From an uncultured delta proteobacterium (GTDB lineage Bacteria > Desulfobacterota > Desulfobacteria > Desulfobacterales > B30-G6), in assembly GCA_963823335.1 (NCBI GenBank), contig CAWGLD010000004.1, forward strand, positions 352,001 through 416,000: a stretch of 64,000 nt of DNA, given 5' to 3'. Below, piece after piece: positions 10,936 to 19,944 of the stretch (position 1 is its first letter; the number at the start of each line of letters is the position of its first letter). A program made the position numbers and the translations under genes. Below the pieces are notes generated by a model that worked only from the letters and a program-made list of their open reading frames with translations, was not told the origin of the DNA and ran no database searches.

Positions 10936-11790
10936 TTAGAGGATCTCCGACACAGGTACCAGTGACACGTTCGATTGCTTGAGTCTTTTTGCAAATCGAC
11001 CGATAGCTCTGGCGGTCTCCGGGAAGGGGTGGCCGATACCGATTGCCCGGCCATACAACATGGCGTGCTTTTGAAGACTGACAAGCTGGGACATGATGGC
11101 TGATTCTTGGTGGACATTATCGAGAAATACGTTTCGGTGGGCTGTGGGTATATGGTACCGTCTGGCGGTTGCATGTGCCAGGGAATGGCTGGATGTATAA
11201 CTGTCGACAAAAAACATACCCCTGGAACGAATGACCTTCAGGGTCTCTCCAATCTCGTTCGGGGATGCGGTAAATTTGGACCCCATGTGGTTATTGACAC
11301 CCTTTGCAAAAGGGATACTCCGCATGTTGGTCTGCAGGGTTTTTTCTATCCGCTGGGCATTGTCGCCCACAAACAAAGCACCGGGACCTGGATCACAGCC
11401 AATGCTGTAAGGCTCCATGGGCTGGTGCAACATCACTTCATAGCCCTGATCATTGAGTTCGAATGCAAGCTCCTGGGAGTAAGGCACTTGCGGCAGAATG
11501 GAAAAGGTCAGTATCTCATTCAAAGCGACAAATTGCCAGGCTAACGACCGGCTGTAGCCGATGTCATCGACAATCAAGGCAATTTTGGGGGCTGGATGAT
11601 TTTGAGACTGGACGCTTTGGGCAGCAAACCCTTTGGAGATGTTGAGTAGCCCGAGAAGACCGCCGCCTGTCATCAAACACAAATACTTTAACAACTGTCT
11701 TCGGTTGAAACCACTTATATTTCTACTCATATCGAACCGCTGCTCTGTATGAACACGTATACCGCTGTTCATTTCCGTTTGGGGTTCCAT
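10936..11790 (-). CDS. Divergent polysaccharide deacetylase family protein with twin-arginine-like leader
   Basis: NRRQLLK leader; IALIVDDIG, LHQPMEP, GVNNHMGSKFT, FFVDSYT, IGIGHP; the true start may be a downstream ATG. Confidence 0.9.
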   Translation of the reverse strand: MEPQTEMNSGIRVHTEQRFDMSRNISGFNRRQLLKYLCLMTGGGLLGLLNISKGFAAQSVQSQNHPAPKIALIVDDIGYSRSLAWQFVALNEILTFSILPQVPYSQELAFELNDQGYEVMLHQPMEPYSIGCDPGPGALFVGDNAQRIEKTLQTNMRSIPFAKGVNNHMGSKFTASPNEIGETLKVIRSRGMFFVDSYTSSHSLAHATARRYHIPTAHRNVFLDNVHQESAIMSQLVSLQKHAMLYGRAIGIGHPFPETARAIGRFAKRLKQSNVSLVPVSEIL

Positions 11791-12049
11791 TTGGATGTGT
11801 AAGATGGATCAATCGTGCTAGATTCTCAATCTTTTCAGAGTGCCATTACCTTTTTTGTATGCCATATATTGAGGGAATAGTCAATAACCAATACAATATA
11901 TTGACAATGTTGCCCGTATTTGGCATGAAATAAAATCGTTTTACGATTTTATCGAGCGCGATGGTGTCGCTTATAGCTATTGTCATAGATTTTCATGCGC
12001 AACTGTGCACAACGACGTATGAAACATCCGGACTGGCAGGAGGGCCCCC

Positions 12050-12460
12050 GTGAAAACATCATATCAGATTTATCCTATTGGATTCATTAAAAATTCAAAT
12101 GAATTTACCGAAATTGAAATCTGTGACGAATTCACCGACGCGCTTCTGGGTCTGGAGGCATTTTCACACATCCACGTCTTTTACTGGTTCCATCAAAACG
12201 ACACCCCGGATAAGAGAAGCATCCTGCGCGTTCATCCGAGAAAAAATGAGCAGAATCCATTGACGGGCGTATTTGCAACCCATTCACCGGTCAGACCCAA
12301 TCTCTTGGCTATGTCCTTGTGCCGGATTTTATCCATTTCATCCAACCGAATCCGCATCCATGAGATCGATGCCCTTGACGGATCTCCGGTCATCGACATT
12401 AAATGCTATATTCCACCAAAAAAATCATTGGAAAATGTCCATCTGCCGGAATGGGTTTGA
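12050..12460 (+). CDS. trmO: tRNA t6A37 N6-methyltransferase TrmO (TsaA-like)
   Basis: IYPIGFI, GLEAFSHIHVFYWFH, GVFATHSPVRPN, IDALDGSPVIDIK. Confidence 0.88.
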   Translation: MKTSYQIYPIGFIKNSNEFTEIEICDEFTDALLGLEAFSHIHVFYWFHQNDTPDKRSILRVHPRKNEQNPLTGVFATHSPVRPNLLAMSLCRILSISSNRIRIHEIDALDGSPVIDIKCYIPPKKSLENVHLPEWV

Positions 12461-12465
12461 TAGGA

Positions 12466-12591
12466 TCAGATTCCGAGGATTCGAGGGTGATACAAGGGTT
12501 GGAGGGGCGGAGGTTCGGTGGGTTATCGCTACAATAAATGACGCGTGAAGCGCTAATGTCGTCCGACAGACCAAATGACAGCGAAAGCTAT
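12466..12591. repeat. G-rich octamer array followed by an AAATGAC mini-hairpin array
   Basis: AGGGTGATACAAGGGTTGGAGGG at 12484-12506; AAATGAC/hairpin units at about 12530-12591. Confidence 0.7.
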
Positions 12592-12759
12592 AGGGGTTGT
12601 CAGAAAAACGTTCCGATTGAGGACCTTTTTTCTGCTACAACCCCTTATGCCGCCATCCTATTTTCGGAATATTATTATGACAAGCGGTATAAATGTCGCC
12701 CACAGGGCAAAGGCACCTAAATAGTCTAACAGCCTAAACACCTAAAAGGCTAAAAAGCC

Positions 12760-14946
12760 ATGATCGCATTGACCGGTCAACTTGAACGGATCACTTACAC
12801 CAACGCACAGACGGGCTACACGATTGCCAAGTTAAAAGTGCAAGGTCAGTGGGACCTGGTTACCATCGTCGGCAACATCCCGTCACCCTCTCCTGGGGAG
12901 ATTCTGGACCTGAAAGGAGAATGGGCACATCACCCAAAGTATGGAGATCAATTCAAGATTCATTCCTATCAGACCACCGTTCCAGCTACGGTTTACGGTA
13001 TTCGGAGATACCTGGGTTCCGGCATGATAAAAGGTCTGGGTCCCAAAATGGCAGATCGCATTGTCAAAATATTCGGGGAAAAGACCCTCGACATCATCGA
13101 ACACCAGATACAACGCCTGGAAAAAGTCGAGGGCATCGGGCCAAAACGGATCGCCCTGATCCAGCAGGCCTGGAAAGACCAGAAGAAAATCCGCGAGGTG
13201 ATGCTGTTTCTGCAGTCCCATGGTGTCAGCACCGGATATGCCACAAAAATATACAAGACCTATCACAACCGATCCATTGCCATTGTTCAGCAGAACCCTT
13301 ATCGCCTCTGTATGGATATTTTTGGTATCGGCTTTGTGATTGCAGACCGAATTGCAGAAAAGCTTGGATTTCCGAAAAATTCTGAATTACGGGCCGAAGC
13401 CGGCATTATTTATGTTCTGCATGGTCTTGCAGACCGTGGCCACGTCTATTTTCCGTACAATCTGCTGGTGGACAAATGTAAAGAGGTTCTGGAAATTGAC
13501 AGTCATACCATCCAGACCTCCCTGGGCAGGCTTTCTGGAGAAACCCGTATCGTCATAGAAGACCTGGATGAGAATCCCGACACCTCTCAACCAGCTAACA
13601 AGGCTGTCTATCTGAAAAAGCACCATGTTTGTGAAACCGGCATCGCCACAAGAATTATGATGATGCTCCAAACCCCCGCGGCAGCTCCGCCCATTGATGT
13701 GGCCAAAGAAATGGACCGGGTGCAGGGACATTTTACCATTCACCTGGCAACCGACCAGCTGTCTGCCATAAAATCAGCCATCCAGAATAAGGTAACCATC
13801 ATCACAGGGGGACCCGGTACCGGCAAAACGACCATTATCCGCGCTATCTTGGAAATCATGCTCAGGTATAAGTTGCGAGTAATGATGGCGGCACCCACGG
13901 GACGAGCCGCAAAACGAATGCAGGAAACCACCGGTCAAGAGGCCAAGACTATCCACAGGCTACTGGATTTCAGCCTGCAGAAAGGGGGGTTTCAAAAGAA
14001 TGAAACCACACCGCTCGATTGTAATGCACTGATCGTTGACGAAGCATCCATGATCGACACCCACCTGATGTATTATCTGTTGAAAGCGGTTCCGATTCAG
14101 ACAAGCATCATCCTGGTAGGAGATGTCAATCAACTGCCATCCGTCGGTCCCGGGCGTGTACTGGAAGATCTGATTCAATCCCGGCAGATCCCTGTGGTCT
14201 CCCTCACCGAAATCTTCAGGCAGGCCAAAAAAAGCCGGATCATCACCAATGCACACAGAATCAATCAGGGCAAATTTCCCATCGCCCCCCCCCCCGGGGA
14301 GCCGGAGGACGCTAAGACAGACTTTTATTTTATTGAACAGGAAGAGCCTGAACGCGTCCGCCAGACCATCATAGAACTGGTTGCCCATCGAATTCCCGCT
14401 CATTTTGGATTTGAGCCCATCGATGACATACAGGTTTTGACACCCATGCACAAAGGAATTGTGGGAGCCGAAAATCTGAACAGTTCACTGCAAAATGCCC
14501 TCAATCCAGGAGAAGAGCGCGTCTCCCGGGGCAGCAGCAGCTTCCGCATTCATGACAAGGTCATGCAGATAAGGAACAATTATGACAAATTGGTCTTTAA
14601 TGGGGATATCGGGCGTATCGAAAATGTCCATTCCGAAAATCAGACCGTTTTGATTTCCTTTGACCAGCGCAATATCATTTACGACTTTTCCGAACTCAAT
14701 GAAATTGTCCTGGCCTATGCCATCTCGGTGCATAAATCCCAGGGATCGGAATACCCGGCAGTCGTTCTTCCCATTCTCACCCAACATTATATACTCCTTC
14801 AACGAAATCTGATATATACTGCCGTCACAAGAGGAAAGCATCTCGTGGTTGTGGTGGGAACCAGAAAAGCCCTTCATATGGGGATCAACAACAGTAAAAC
14901 CAAACAACGATTCACATACCTGAACCAGCGACTCATAAATTCGTAG
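12760..14946 (+). CDS. recD2: ATP-dependent RecD2-like DNA helicase
   Basis: HhH repeats (IKGLGPK, VEGIGPK), TGGPGTGKTT, APTGRAAKR, VDEASM, VGDVNQLPSVGPG, HKSQGSE, YTAVTRGK. Confidence 0.95.
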   Translation: MIALTGQLERITYTNAQTGYTIAKLKVQGQWDLVTIVGNIPSPSPGEILDLKGEWAHHPKYGDQFKIHSYQTTVPATVYGIRRYLGSGMIKGLGPKMADRIVKIFGEKTLDIIEHQIQRLEKVEGIGPKRIALIQQAWKDQKKIREVMLFLQSHGVSTGYATKIYKTYHNRSIAIVQQNPYRLCMDIFGIGFVIADRIAEKLGFPKNSELRAEAGIIYVLHGLADRGHVYFPYNLLVDKCKEVLEIDSHTIQTSLGRLSGETRIVIEDLDENPDTSQPANKAVYLKKHHVCETGIATRIMMMLQTPAAAPPIDVAKEMDRVQGHFTIHLATDQLSAIKSAIQNKVTIITGGPGTGKTTIIRAILEIMLRYKLRVMMAAPTGRAAKRMQETTGQEAKTIHRLLDFSLQKGGFQKNETTPLDCNALIVDEASMIDTHLMYYLLKAVPIQTSIILVGDVNQLPSVGPGRVLEDLIQSRQIPVVSLTEIFRQAKKSRIITNAHRINQGKFPIAPPPGEPEDAKTDFYFIEQEEPERVRQTIIELVAHRIPAHFGFEPIDDIQVLTPMHKGIVGAENLNSSLQNALNPGEERVSRGSSSFRIHDKVMQIRNNYDKLVFNGDIGRIENVHSENQTVLISFDQRNIIYDFSELNEIVLAYAISVHKSQGSEYPAVVLPILTQHYILLQRNLIYTAVTRGKHLVVVVGTRKALHMGINNSKTKQRFTYLNQRLINS

Positions 14947-14969
14947 TTCGAAAACTAAGGAGCTTACTT

Positions 14970-16127
14970 ATGGAATTCGGTCTTTCCACTGAACAGGAAA
15001 TCTTGAGGGAATCCGTGCGCGGCTTTGCCGAAAATGAAATCAAGCCGGTGGCGCAGGCGCTGGACAAAAAAGAAGAATTTTCATACGAAACCATGGCAAA
15101 AATGGCAGAACTCGGGCTTTTTGGCATCTTTGTGTCAGAGCAGTATGGGGGACAAGGCATGGATTATGCGTCCTATATTATCGCTACTGAAGAGATCGCC
15201 CGGATTGACGGCTCTCATGCTGCCACAGTCGCGGCAGGCAACTCTCTCGGTATCGGCCCTATTTATTATTTTGGAAACGAAGAACAGAAAAAAAAATATC
15301 TGCCCAAACTATGCAGTGGTCAGGCCCTCTGGGGTTTTGGGCTGACAGAGCCGAATGCAGGCTCCGATGCCAGCAACAGCAAAACCCATGCGGTTCTGGA
15401 TGGAGACGAATGGGTCATCAACGGTAGTAAGATTTTCATAACCAACGGATCTACAGACATTACCGCGGGCACCACCGTTCTGTGCAAAACAGGTACACGT
15501 GATGATGGGAAGCCGGAACTCTCCTGTATTCTTGTGGAAACAGGGACACCGGGTTATTCCACCCGCGAAATGCACGACAAGATGATGTGGCGGGCATCCA
15601 ACACCAGCGAACTGTATTTCAAGGACTGCCGGGTTCCCAAGGAAAACTTGTTGGGTACCCGGGGTCACGGCTTTCACCAGATGATGCAGACCCTGGACGG
15701 CGGAAGACTTTCCATTGGTGCCATGGGGCTTGGCGGTGCCCAGGGGTGTTTTGACATGTCATTGAAATACAGCAATCAAAGGGAACAGTTCAACAGGCCC
15801 ATCGCCACTTTTCAAGTCAATGCGTTCAAACTGGCGGATATGGCTGTCGAGATTGAGTGCGCACGTCTTTTATTGTACAAGGCATGCTGGTTGCGCGACA
15901 ACGACCTGCCGTTTTCAAAAGAGGCCGCCATGGCAAAGCTCTACTGTTCCGAAGTCATGTACCGCTGTGCCAATCATGCAGTTCAGCTTCATGGCGGCTA
16001 CGGTTTGATGAAGGAGTACGATGTCGAGCGATTTTATCGAGACCAGAAACTGCTGGATATCGGAGAAGGCACATCGGAGGTACAACGCATCGTCATTTCA
16101 CGCTATATCGGGGCAAAGTGTTTATAG
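14970..16127 (+). CDS. Acyl-CoA dehydrogenase
   Basis: GLTEPNAGSD, NGSKIFITNG, REQFNRPI, QLHGGYG, IGEGTSEVQR. Confidence 0.95.
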   Translation: MEFGLSTEQEILRESVRGFAENEIKPVAQALDKKEEFSYETMAKMAELGLFGIFVSEQYGGQGMDYASYIIATEEIARIDGSHAATVAAGNSLGIGPIYYFGNEEQKKKYLPKLCSGQALWGFGLTEPNAGSDASNSKTHAVLDGDEWVINGSKIFITNGSTDITAGTTVLCKTGTRDDGKPELSCILVETGTPGYSTREMHDKMMWRASNTSELYFKDCRVPKENLLGTRGHGFHQMMQTLDGGRLSIGAMGLGGAQGCFDMSLKYSNQREQFNRPIATFQVNAFKLADMAVEIECARLLLYKACWLRDNDLPFSKEAAMAKLYCSEVMYRCANHAVQLHGGYGLMKEYDVERFYRDQKLLDIGEGTSEVQRIVISRYIGAKCL

Positions 16128-16128
16128 G

Positions 16129-16247
16129 AAGGGTTCAAGGGGCCAAGGGTGATACAAGGGTTCGAGGGTAGCTGACAGCTAAAAGGCTGTAAACGGATCA
16201 CTGAGAAACAAACACTTGAACCCTGGGATCCTCGAACCCTCGGACCC
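16129..16247. repeat. G-rich/C-rich inverted octamer-array element
   Basis: GGGTTCAAGGGGCCAAGGGTGATACAAGGGTTCGAGGG left arm; CACTTGAACCCTGGGATCCTCGAACCCTCGGACCC right arm. Confidence 0.8.
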
Positions 16248-16336
16248 ATCTGCCAACAAAATTTAAAAAGAACTATAGAAGGTTGTTCATTTTTACCGTC
16301 ACTATAATCCAACAAGTAATTGTATAGGAGAACATC

Positions 16337-16975
16337 ATGTCAGAACAAAACCAGAAACCACCCATCAATGTCGACTATTTTGAAGATCTCACCGGGGACA
16401 TTGCCAAAACGTCAGTTGATCCCATAGAAAGCGTTGGCGAACGGATCCGTGTCTTGAGAGAGGAAAAGGGGTTGTCGCTCGAGGAGGTGTCCAGACTGAC
16501 GGGTTTTGAAATCGCATTTCTCGAAGACCTCGAAAACAACAAAGTTCAACCACAACTGGGTACTTCCATCAAGCTGTCCAGGGCCCTGGACAGCGCCTTT
16601 GGTCGTATTGTCTCGGGTGTCGGAAACAAACTCTATTCCATTACACGAAAGAGTGAAGAGATACCGGTTTCCAGGTCAACGTCTAAAAAGGGACAAAAAG
16701 AAATCTACTCCTACATGAGCCTCGCACCGGATGTCAAAGGCAGGAACATGGAGGCTCTGATCGTCAAACTGAAAGAAAATCCAGACGAGGAGATCTCCAT
16801 TCATGAAGGCGAGGAATTTATTTATGTGCTGGAAGGAACTGTATCGCTTAAAATCGGCGCGGATGCATTTGAACTGGAACCCGGAGACAGTGTGTATTAT
16901 CTTTCGACCACACCGCATCTCATCGCAGCAAAGTCAGGCGAAGCAACGATTATTGCGGTACTATATGGTCGATAA
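16337..16975 (+). CDS. XRE-family HTH transcriptional regulator with cupin domain
   Basis: VGERIRVLREEKGLSLEEVS HTH; HEGEEFIYVLEG...LEPGDSVY cupin. Confidence 0.92.
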   Translation: MSEQNQKPPINVDYFEDLTGDIAKTSVDPIESVGERIRVLREEKGLSLEEVSRLTGFEIAFLEDLENNKVQPQLGTSIKLSRALDSAFGRIVSGVGNKLYSITRKSEEIPVSRSTSKKGQKEIYSYMSLAPDVKGRNMEALIVKLKENPDEEISIHEGEEFIYVLEGTVSLKIGADAFELEPGDSVYYLSTTPHLIAAKSGEATIIAVLYGR

Positions 16976-16979
16976 AAAC

Positions 16980-17216
16980 TGTCATTAGCCTTTCAGGCGT
17001 CATTTATCCTTCGGACGACATTTAGCCTTCGGCTGTCATTTGCACTGCGCGCGTCATTTGTCCTATCAGACGACATTTACGCTGCGCGCGTAATTCATTG
17101 TAGCTCTTAGCCGGAGGCTCTTGGCTCTTGGCTGAACCTAAAACCTAAAACTTAACACCTAAAACTATCTACAATGACACGCAGTAAATTACAATGAATG
17201 ACGCGAAGCAAATGAC
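16980..17216. repeat. Composite element: GTCATTT mini-hairpin array, heptamer tandems, inverted right arm
   Basis: Six units of about 18-19 bp (GTCATTT plus short hairpin), then GCTCTTR and CCTAAAA heptamers, then CAATGACACG...AAATGAC; homologues at 12530, 29826, 50856, 52231. Confidence 0.85.
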
Positions 17217-17268
17217 CATCCATAGCTACTCGCAAATAGAACCCGACCGAACAATCGATGGATTTCCC

Positions 17269-18219
17269 CTAAGACTGGCTGTCAAAATGTGCTGCCAGGC
17301 TATGGATGTGTCGCTGGTCCGTGCCGCAGCAACCACCCAGGATCTTCATTCCGAATTCTCCATGCAGACTAGCCACATCGCGGCCAAAGATTTCAGGAGC
17401 CTCTGTTACCAGATTTTTGCTGCTGTCCAGTTCTTCGGGGTCAAGAGCGGCTGTATTGGCGAGCAGACCGACAACCCGCTTTCTGACCAGGGGTGTAACA
17501 TGGGTGTCATGCATCATCGCTGATCTGAAAATGGATGCATGCGTGCAGTTGCAGATATAGGCTAGCGGTTTCGGACGAACCTTGGCATCGATGGCGGTGA
17601 CAGCATCCTTCAGAGGGGTACCATCCAGCAGTGTGCCTCCCGGACGAAACACAAAACTGATGATATATGGCTTGCCGGTGGCTGCCATGGCCGACGCAAG
17701 TCCGATGGCCTCACTCACGGCAGGCAGTGTTGCCGCCAGAAGAAAGTCCACACCGGTTTCAGCCAGTTTCTGAGCCTGCCAGGCATGAAACAACCGGGCC
17801 TCATCTTCAGAAAGCCTCTCAGCAGGATTATAGGCATCCCCGCGACAACTCATCAGACCGCAGATGGCAACCTTGTCCGCATAGGCACCATAGGTCTTGC
17901 GCAAGCCATCCAGAAATTGAAAGTTATCTTCATTGATTGCCCTGCCCTTGTAGCCGGCAGTTTCGATGCGCTCCTTGCTGGCACGCCAGGTCGGGGTGGA
18001 AAGCAGCAGCGGCAAACCCGACGAAACGCCAACATCCATATACTGCCGGTAGATGGATTCCAGCGCCGATCGTTTTTCCCGGTCATAAATGAATGCCGCG
18101 TTGACAATATGGGGATCGAGCTCCCATTCCGTTTCCCGCCGCAGACGCTCGATAACCGCGCCTTCCCCGATGATGATGTCGGATTGCTCATAAAACTGTG
18201 AAAAGGATAGAGGCATCAT
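17269..18219 (-). CDS. Homocysteine S-methyltransferase family protein (stand-alone domain)
   Basis: STPTWRAS, GVDFLLAATL, CNCTH, ILGGCCGTD (Zn-binding GGCC); start 18219 chosen from RBS, ORF track gives 18234. Confidence 0.85.
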   Translation of the reverse strand: MMPLSFSQFYEQSDIIIGEGAVIERLRRETEWELDPHIVNAAFIYDREKRSALESIYRQYMDVGVSSGLPLLLSTPTWRASKERIETAGYKGRAINEDNFQFLDGLRKTYGAYADKVAICGLMSCRGDAYNPAERLSEDEARLFHAWQAQKLAETGVDFLLAATLPAVSEAIGLASAMAATGKPYIISFVFRPGGTLLDGTPLKDAVTAIDAKVRPKPLAYICNCTHASIFRSAMMHDTHVTPLVRKRVVGLLANTAALDPEELDSSKNLVTEAPEIFGRDVASLHGEFGMKILGGCCGTDQRHIHSLAAHFDSQS

Positions 18220-18310
18220 GCCACCCTCTCTCATATCCAGAAGCTATCTCAAAAAAGTCTTTGGCCCAAATCCTGCTTTGGGCTTCTAAGAACATGCGCG
18301 CTGAAAGCCA

Positions 18311-18643
18311 TTAGCCCTGACCGGGAACGATAATCCGCGAGGACTCTTCCTGCTGGGCTTTTTTGGCCAGTTCGATGATTCTTTCAACTTCCTTTTTGAC
18401 GACACCCGGGAACTTCTTGACGGCTTCCGACAGAGTCGTTGTTTCCTCGATCATACAGCTTACCGGCAATGGACCGTTAGGAGACATCAGCTGAGTCTGG
18501 GCCATAAAAATCGGTTCACGGCTTTCATCCCTGGACCCATCTTCCTTGACCGGCATCAATCTCCTCACAGCACCGGTTTTCAGGTCGGTAAACGATTCTT
18601 CCTGGTACAGATTGTTTTTATCCAATTTGAGATCGATATCCAT
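18311..18643 (-). CDS. Conserved hypothetical cytoplasmic protein
   Basis: AAGGAG RBS; LYQEESFTDLKTGAVRRL...SRIIVPG; function unknown. Confidence 0.75.
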   Translation of the reverse strand: MDIDLKLDKNNLYQEESFTDLKTGAVRRLMPVKEDGSRDESREPIFMAQTQLMSPNGPLPVSCMIEETTTLSEAVKKFPGVVKKEVERIIELAKKAQQEESSRIIVPGQG

Positions 18644-18807
18644 GATACGCTCCTTGCTATAGTGGTTGTTAAGATACGTGTTCTTAAAAAAAATGAATGT
18701 GAAGGGTATCTATTTCACGATAAATAGCAAGTCTTAATTTAAAGACAGCTTTTAGCTATACGCTATACGCTGTTAGGTTAACTACTCAAAAAATCCGGTC
18801 TATAACC

Positions 18808-18879
18808 CTGGATTCCCGCCTTCGCGGGAATGACGATTTTGGCTGAATGCCTATCATTCCCGCTAAGGCGGGAATCCAG
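18808..18879. repeat. Inverted pair of REP-like palindromes (ATTCCC-N8-GGGAAT)
   Basis: CTGGATTCCCGCCTTCGCGGGAATGAC and TCATTCCCGCTAAGGCGGGAATCCAG; collapsed copy at 26311-26338. Confidence 0.85.
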
Positions 18880-18944
18880 TAAGTAGTTTCAAAGCACGAG
18901 TTACCCAAACTTATTGAGAAGTGCCTGGGAGGCTTTAACAAGCT

Positions 18945-18997
18945 TTGAACCGAAAAAGCGAGCGCATTCCCCGTAGCTTGCTGCGAGGTTCTTCAAT
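18945..18997 (-). repeat. Palindromic element family E, short form
   Basis: Reverse complement reads ATTGAAGAACCTCGCAGCAAGCTACGGGGAATGCGCTCGCT...CGGTTCAA. Confidence 0.8.
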
Positions 18998-19245
18998 ACT
19001 GAGCCTCCACCGCAGAACGGGTGGGCTTAAGAAGCCCCCTCGAAGGGGGCTGAAATATCCAATATCGAATATCGATTACATGAATTTCGAAGTGATGGTT
19101 CTCAGCTTATGGTACAAAAGAAGATAGAGCGCAGCGATACAACACGTCAATATTCTACATTCCTTGTTCGATATTCATTATTCTCTTTTATTTTCACCGG
19201 ATCGGTAGAACCTTGCCGGGTCCTCCACCTGAGGTGGAGGTATTA

Positions 19246-19384
19246 GAACCTATCTCAAAATAAAGATCGGAGTTCATGGCAAGGCGCAACACAGCGAAAA
19301 AGCGGAGCATACACGTAGTATGTGAGCATTTTGAGATGTTTTGCAACACCGCCATGGGCACTTAGATTATTTTGAGATGGGTTC
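19246..19384. mobile_element. MITE-like element (139 bp)
   Basis: TIRs GAACCTATCTCAAAATAA / TTATTTTGAGATGGGTTC (17/18); TA on left flank; internal CATAC-acgta-GTATG hairpin; ends related to 56476-56617. Confidence 0.75.
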
Positions 19385-19419
19385 AAAATAAATGACCCCC
19401 GCCGGCAACGACGGGGGTC
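19385..19419 (-). terminator. Probable intrinsic terminator of the small ORF
   Basis: Minus strand: GACCCCCG-tcgttgccgg-CGGGGGTC followed by ATTTATTTT. Confidence 0.65.
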
Positions 19420-19445
19420 TTGATAAAACAGCTTGAATGCGCAGT

Positions 19446-19607
19446 TTAGGAAAAAATACTGCCTGCTTGTCTTCTCTCCAATCCTTCCAAACAAAAATGG
19501 CCGAAGTGTGAGGGGTCATCTTCCTTGCGTCTCTCTATGCCGGTATATTCCTGTTTGCTATTCATTTTCTTGATTTTCAAGAGCTGTTCGATAATTGATT
19601 TTTCCAT
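19446..19607 (-). CDS. Small hypothetical protein (53 aa) with two GxERR motifs
   Basis: GAGGTG RBS before ATG 19607; MEKSIIEQLLKIKKMNSKQEYTGIERRKEDDPSHFGHFCLEGLERRQAGSIFS; promoter and terminator candidates flank it. Confidence 0.65.
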   Translation of the reverse strand: MEKSIIEQLLKIKKMNSKQEYTGIERRKEDDPSHFGHFCLEGLERRQAGSIFS

Positions 19608-19658
19608 GGGGCACCTCTTGTTTGTGTGTTTAGAAGACATCTTACGTGAGTTTATTAA

Positions 19659-19675
19659 CTCAAACATCATGCCAA
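19659..19675 (-). promoter_or_regulatory. Putative sigma-54 (-24/-12) promoter
   Basis: TTGGCATGATGTTTGAG versus consensus YTGGCACGNNNNTTGCW (GA instead of GC at -12). Confidence 0.5.
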
Positions 19676-19761
19676 CATGTTACTTTTTGATATAATCTTT
19701 TGATTTTACAATCTAATTCAAGATAACATCTCCGTCTGTCCATTCGTGAATAGCAGCTTTA

Positions 19762-19800
19762 TGGACATTCTTTGTATAGTGTGCTTACATGGGGTGTACA
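19762..19800. promoter_or_regulatory. Putative tandem enhancer (UAS) sites
   Basis: TGGACA-N5-TGTATA (19762-19778) and CTTACA-N5-TGTACA (19784-19800), centres 22 bp apart. Confidence 0.45.
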
Positions 19801-19944
19801 CTTGGGTCATAGAGGGTTGAAGGGTTTAGGGTCCGAGGGTAATGGCGTTCATTGGGTTTGTTGAGTTTCTTGGGTTCATCGGGTTGATGAGGCAGCTCTG
19901 AGTTGTAAGCTGCTAAATGCCTATCAGTCTATAGCCTGTAGTTA

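Noticed and set aside
16980-17100. CRISPR array
   Set aside because: The constant part is only 7 bp, the variable parts are 11-12-nt self-complementary hairpins reused between loci, and there are no cas genes.
18698-18720. Rex operator
   Set aside because: The TGTGAA and TTCACG half-sites are too far apart for the Rex consensus.
19255-19494. 79-aa minus-strand ORF
   Set aside because: It reads through a terminator and a MITE and overlaps the better-supported small gene.
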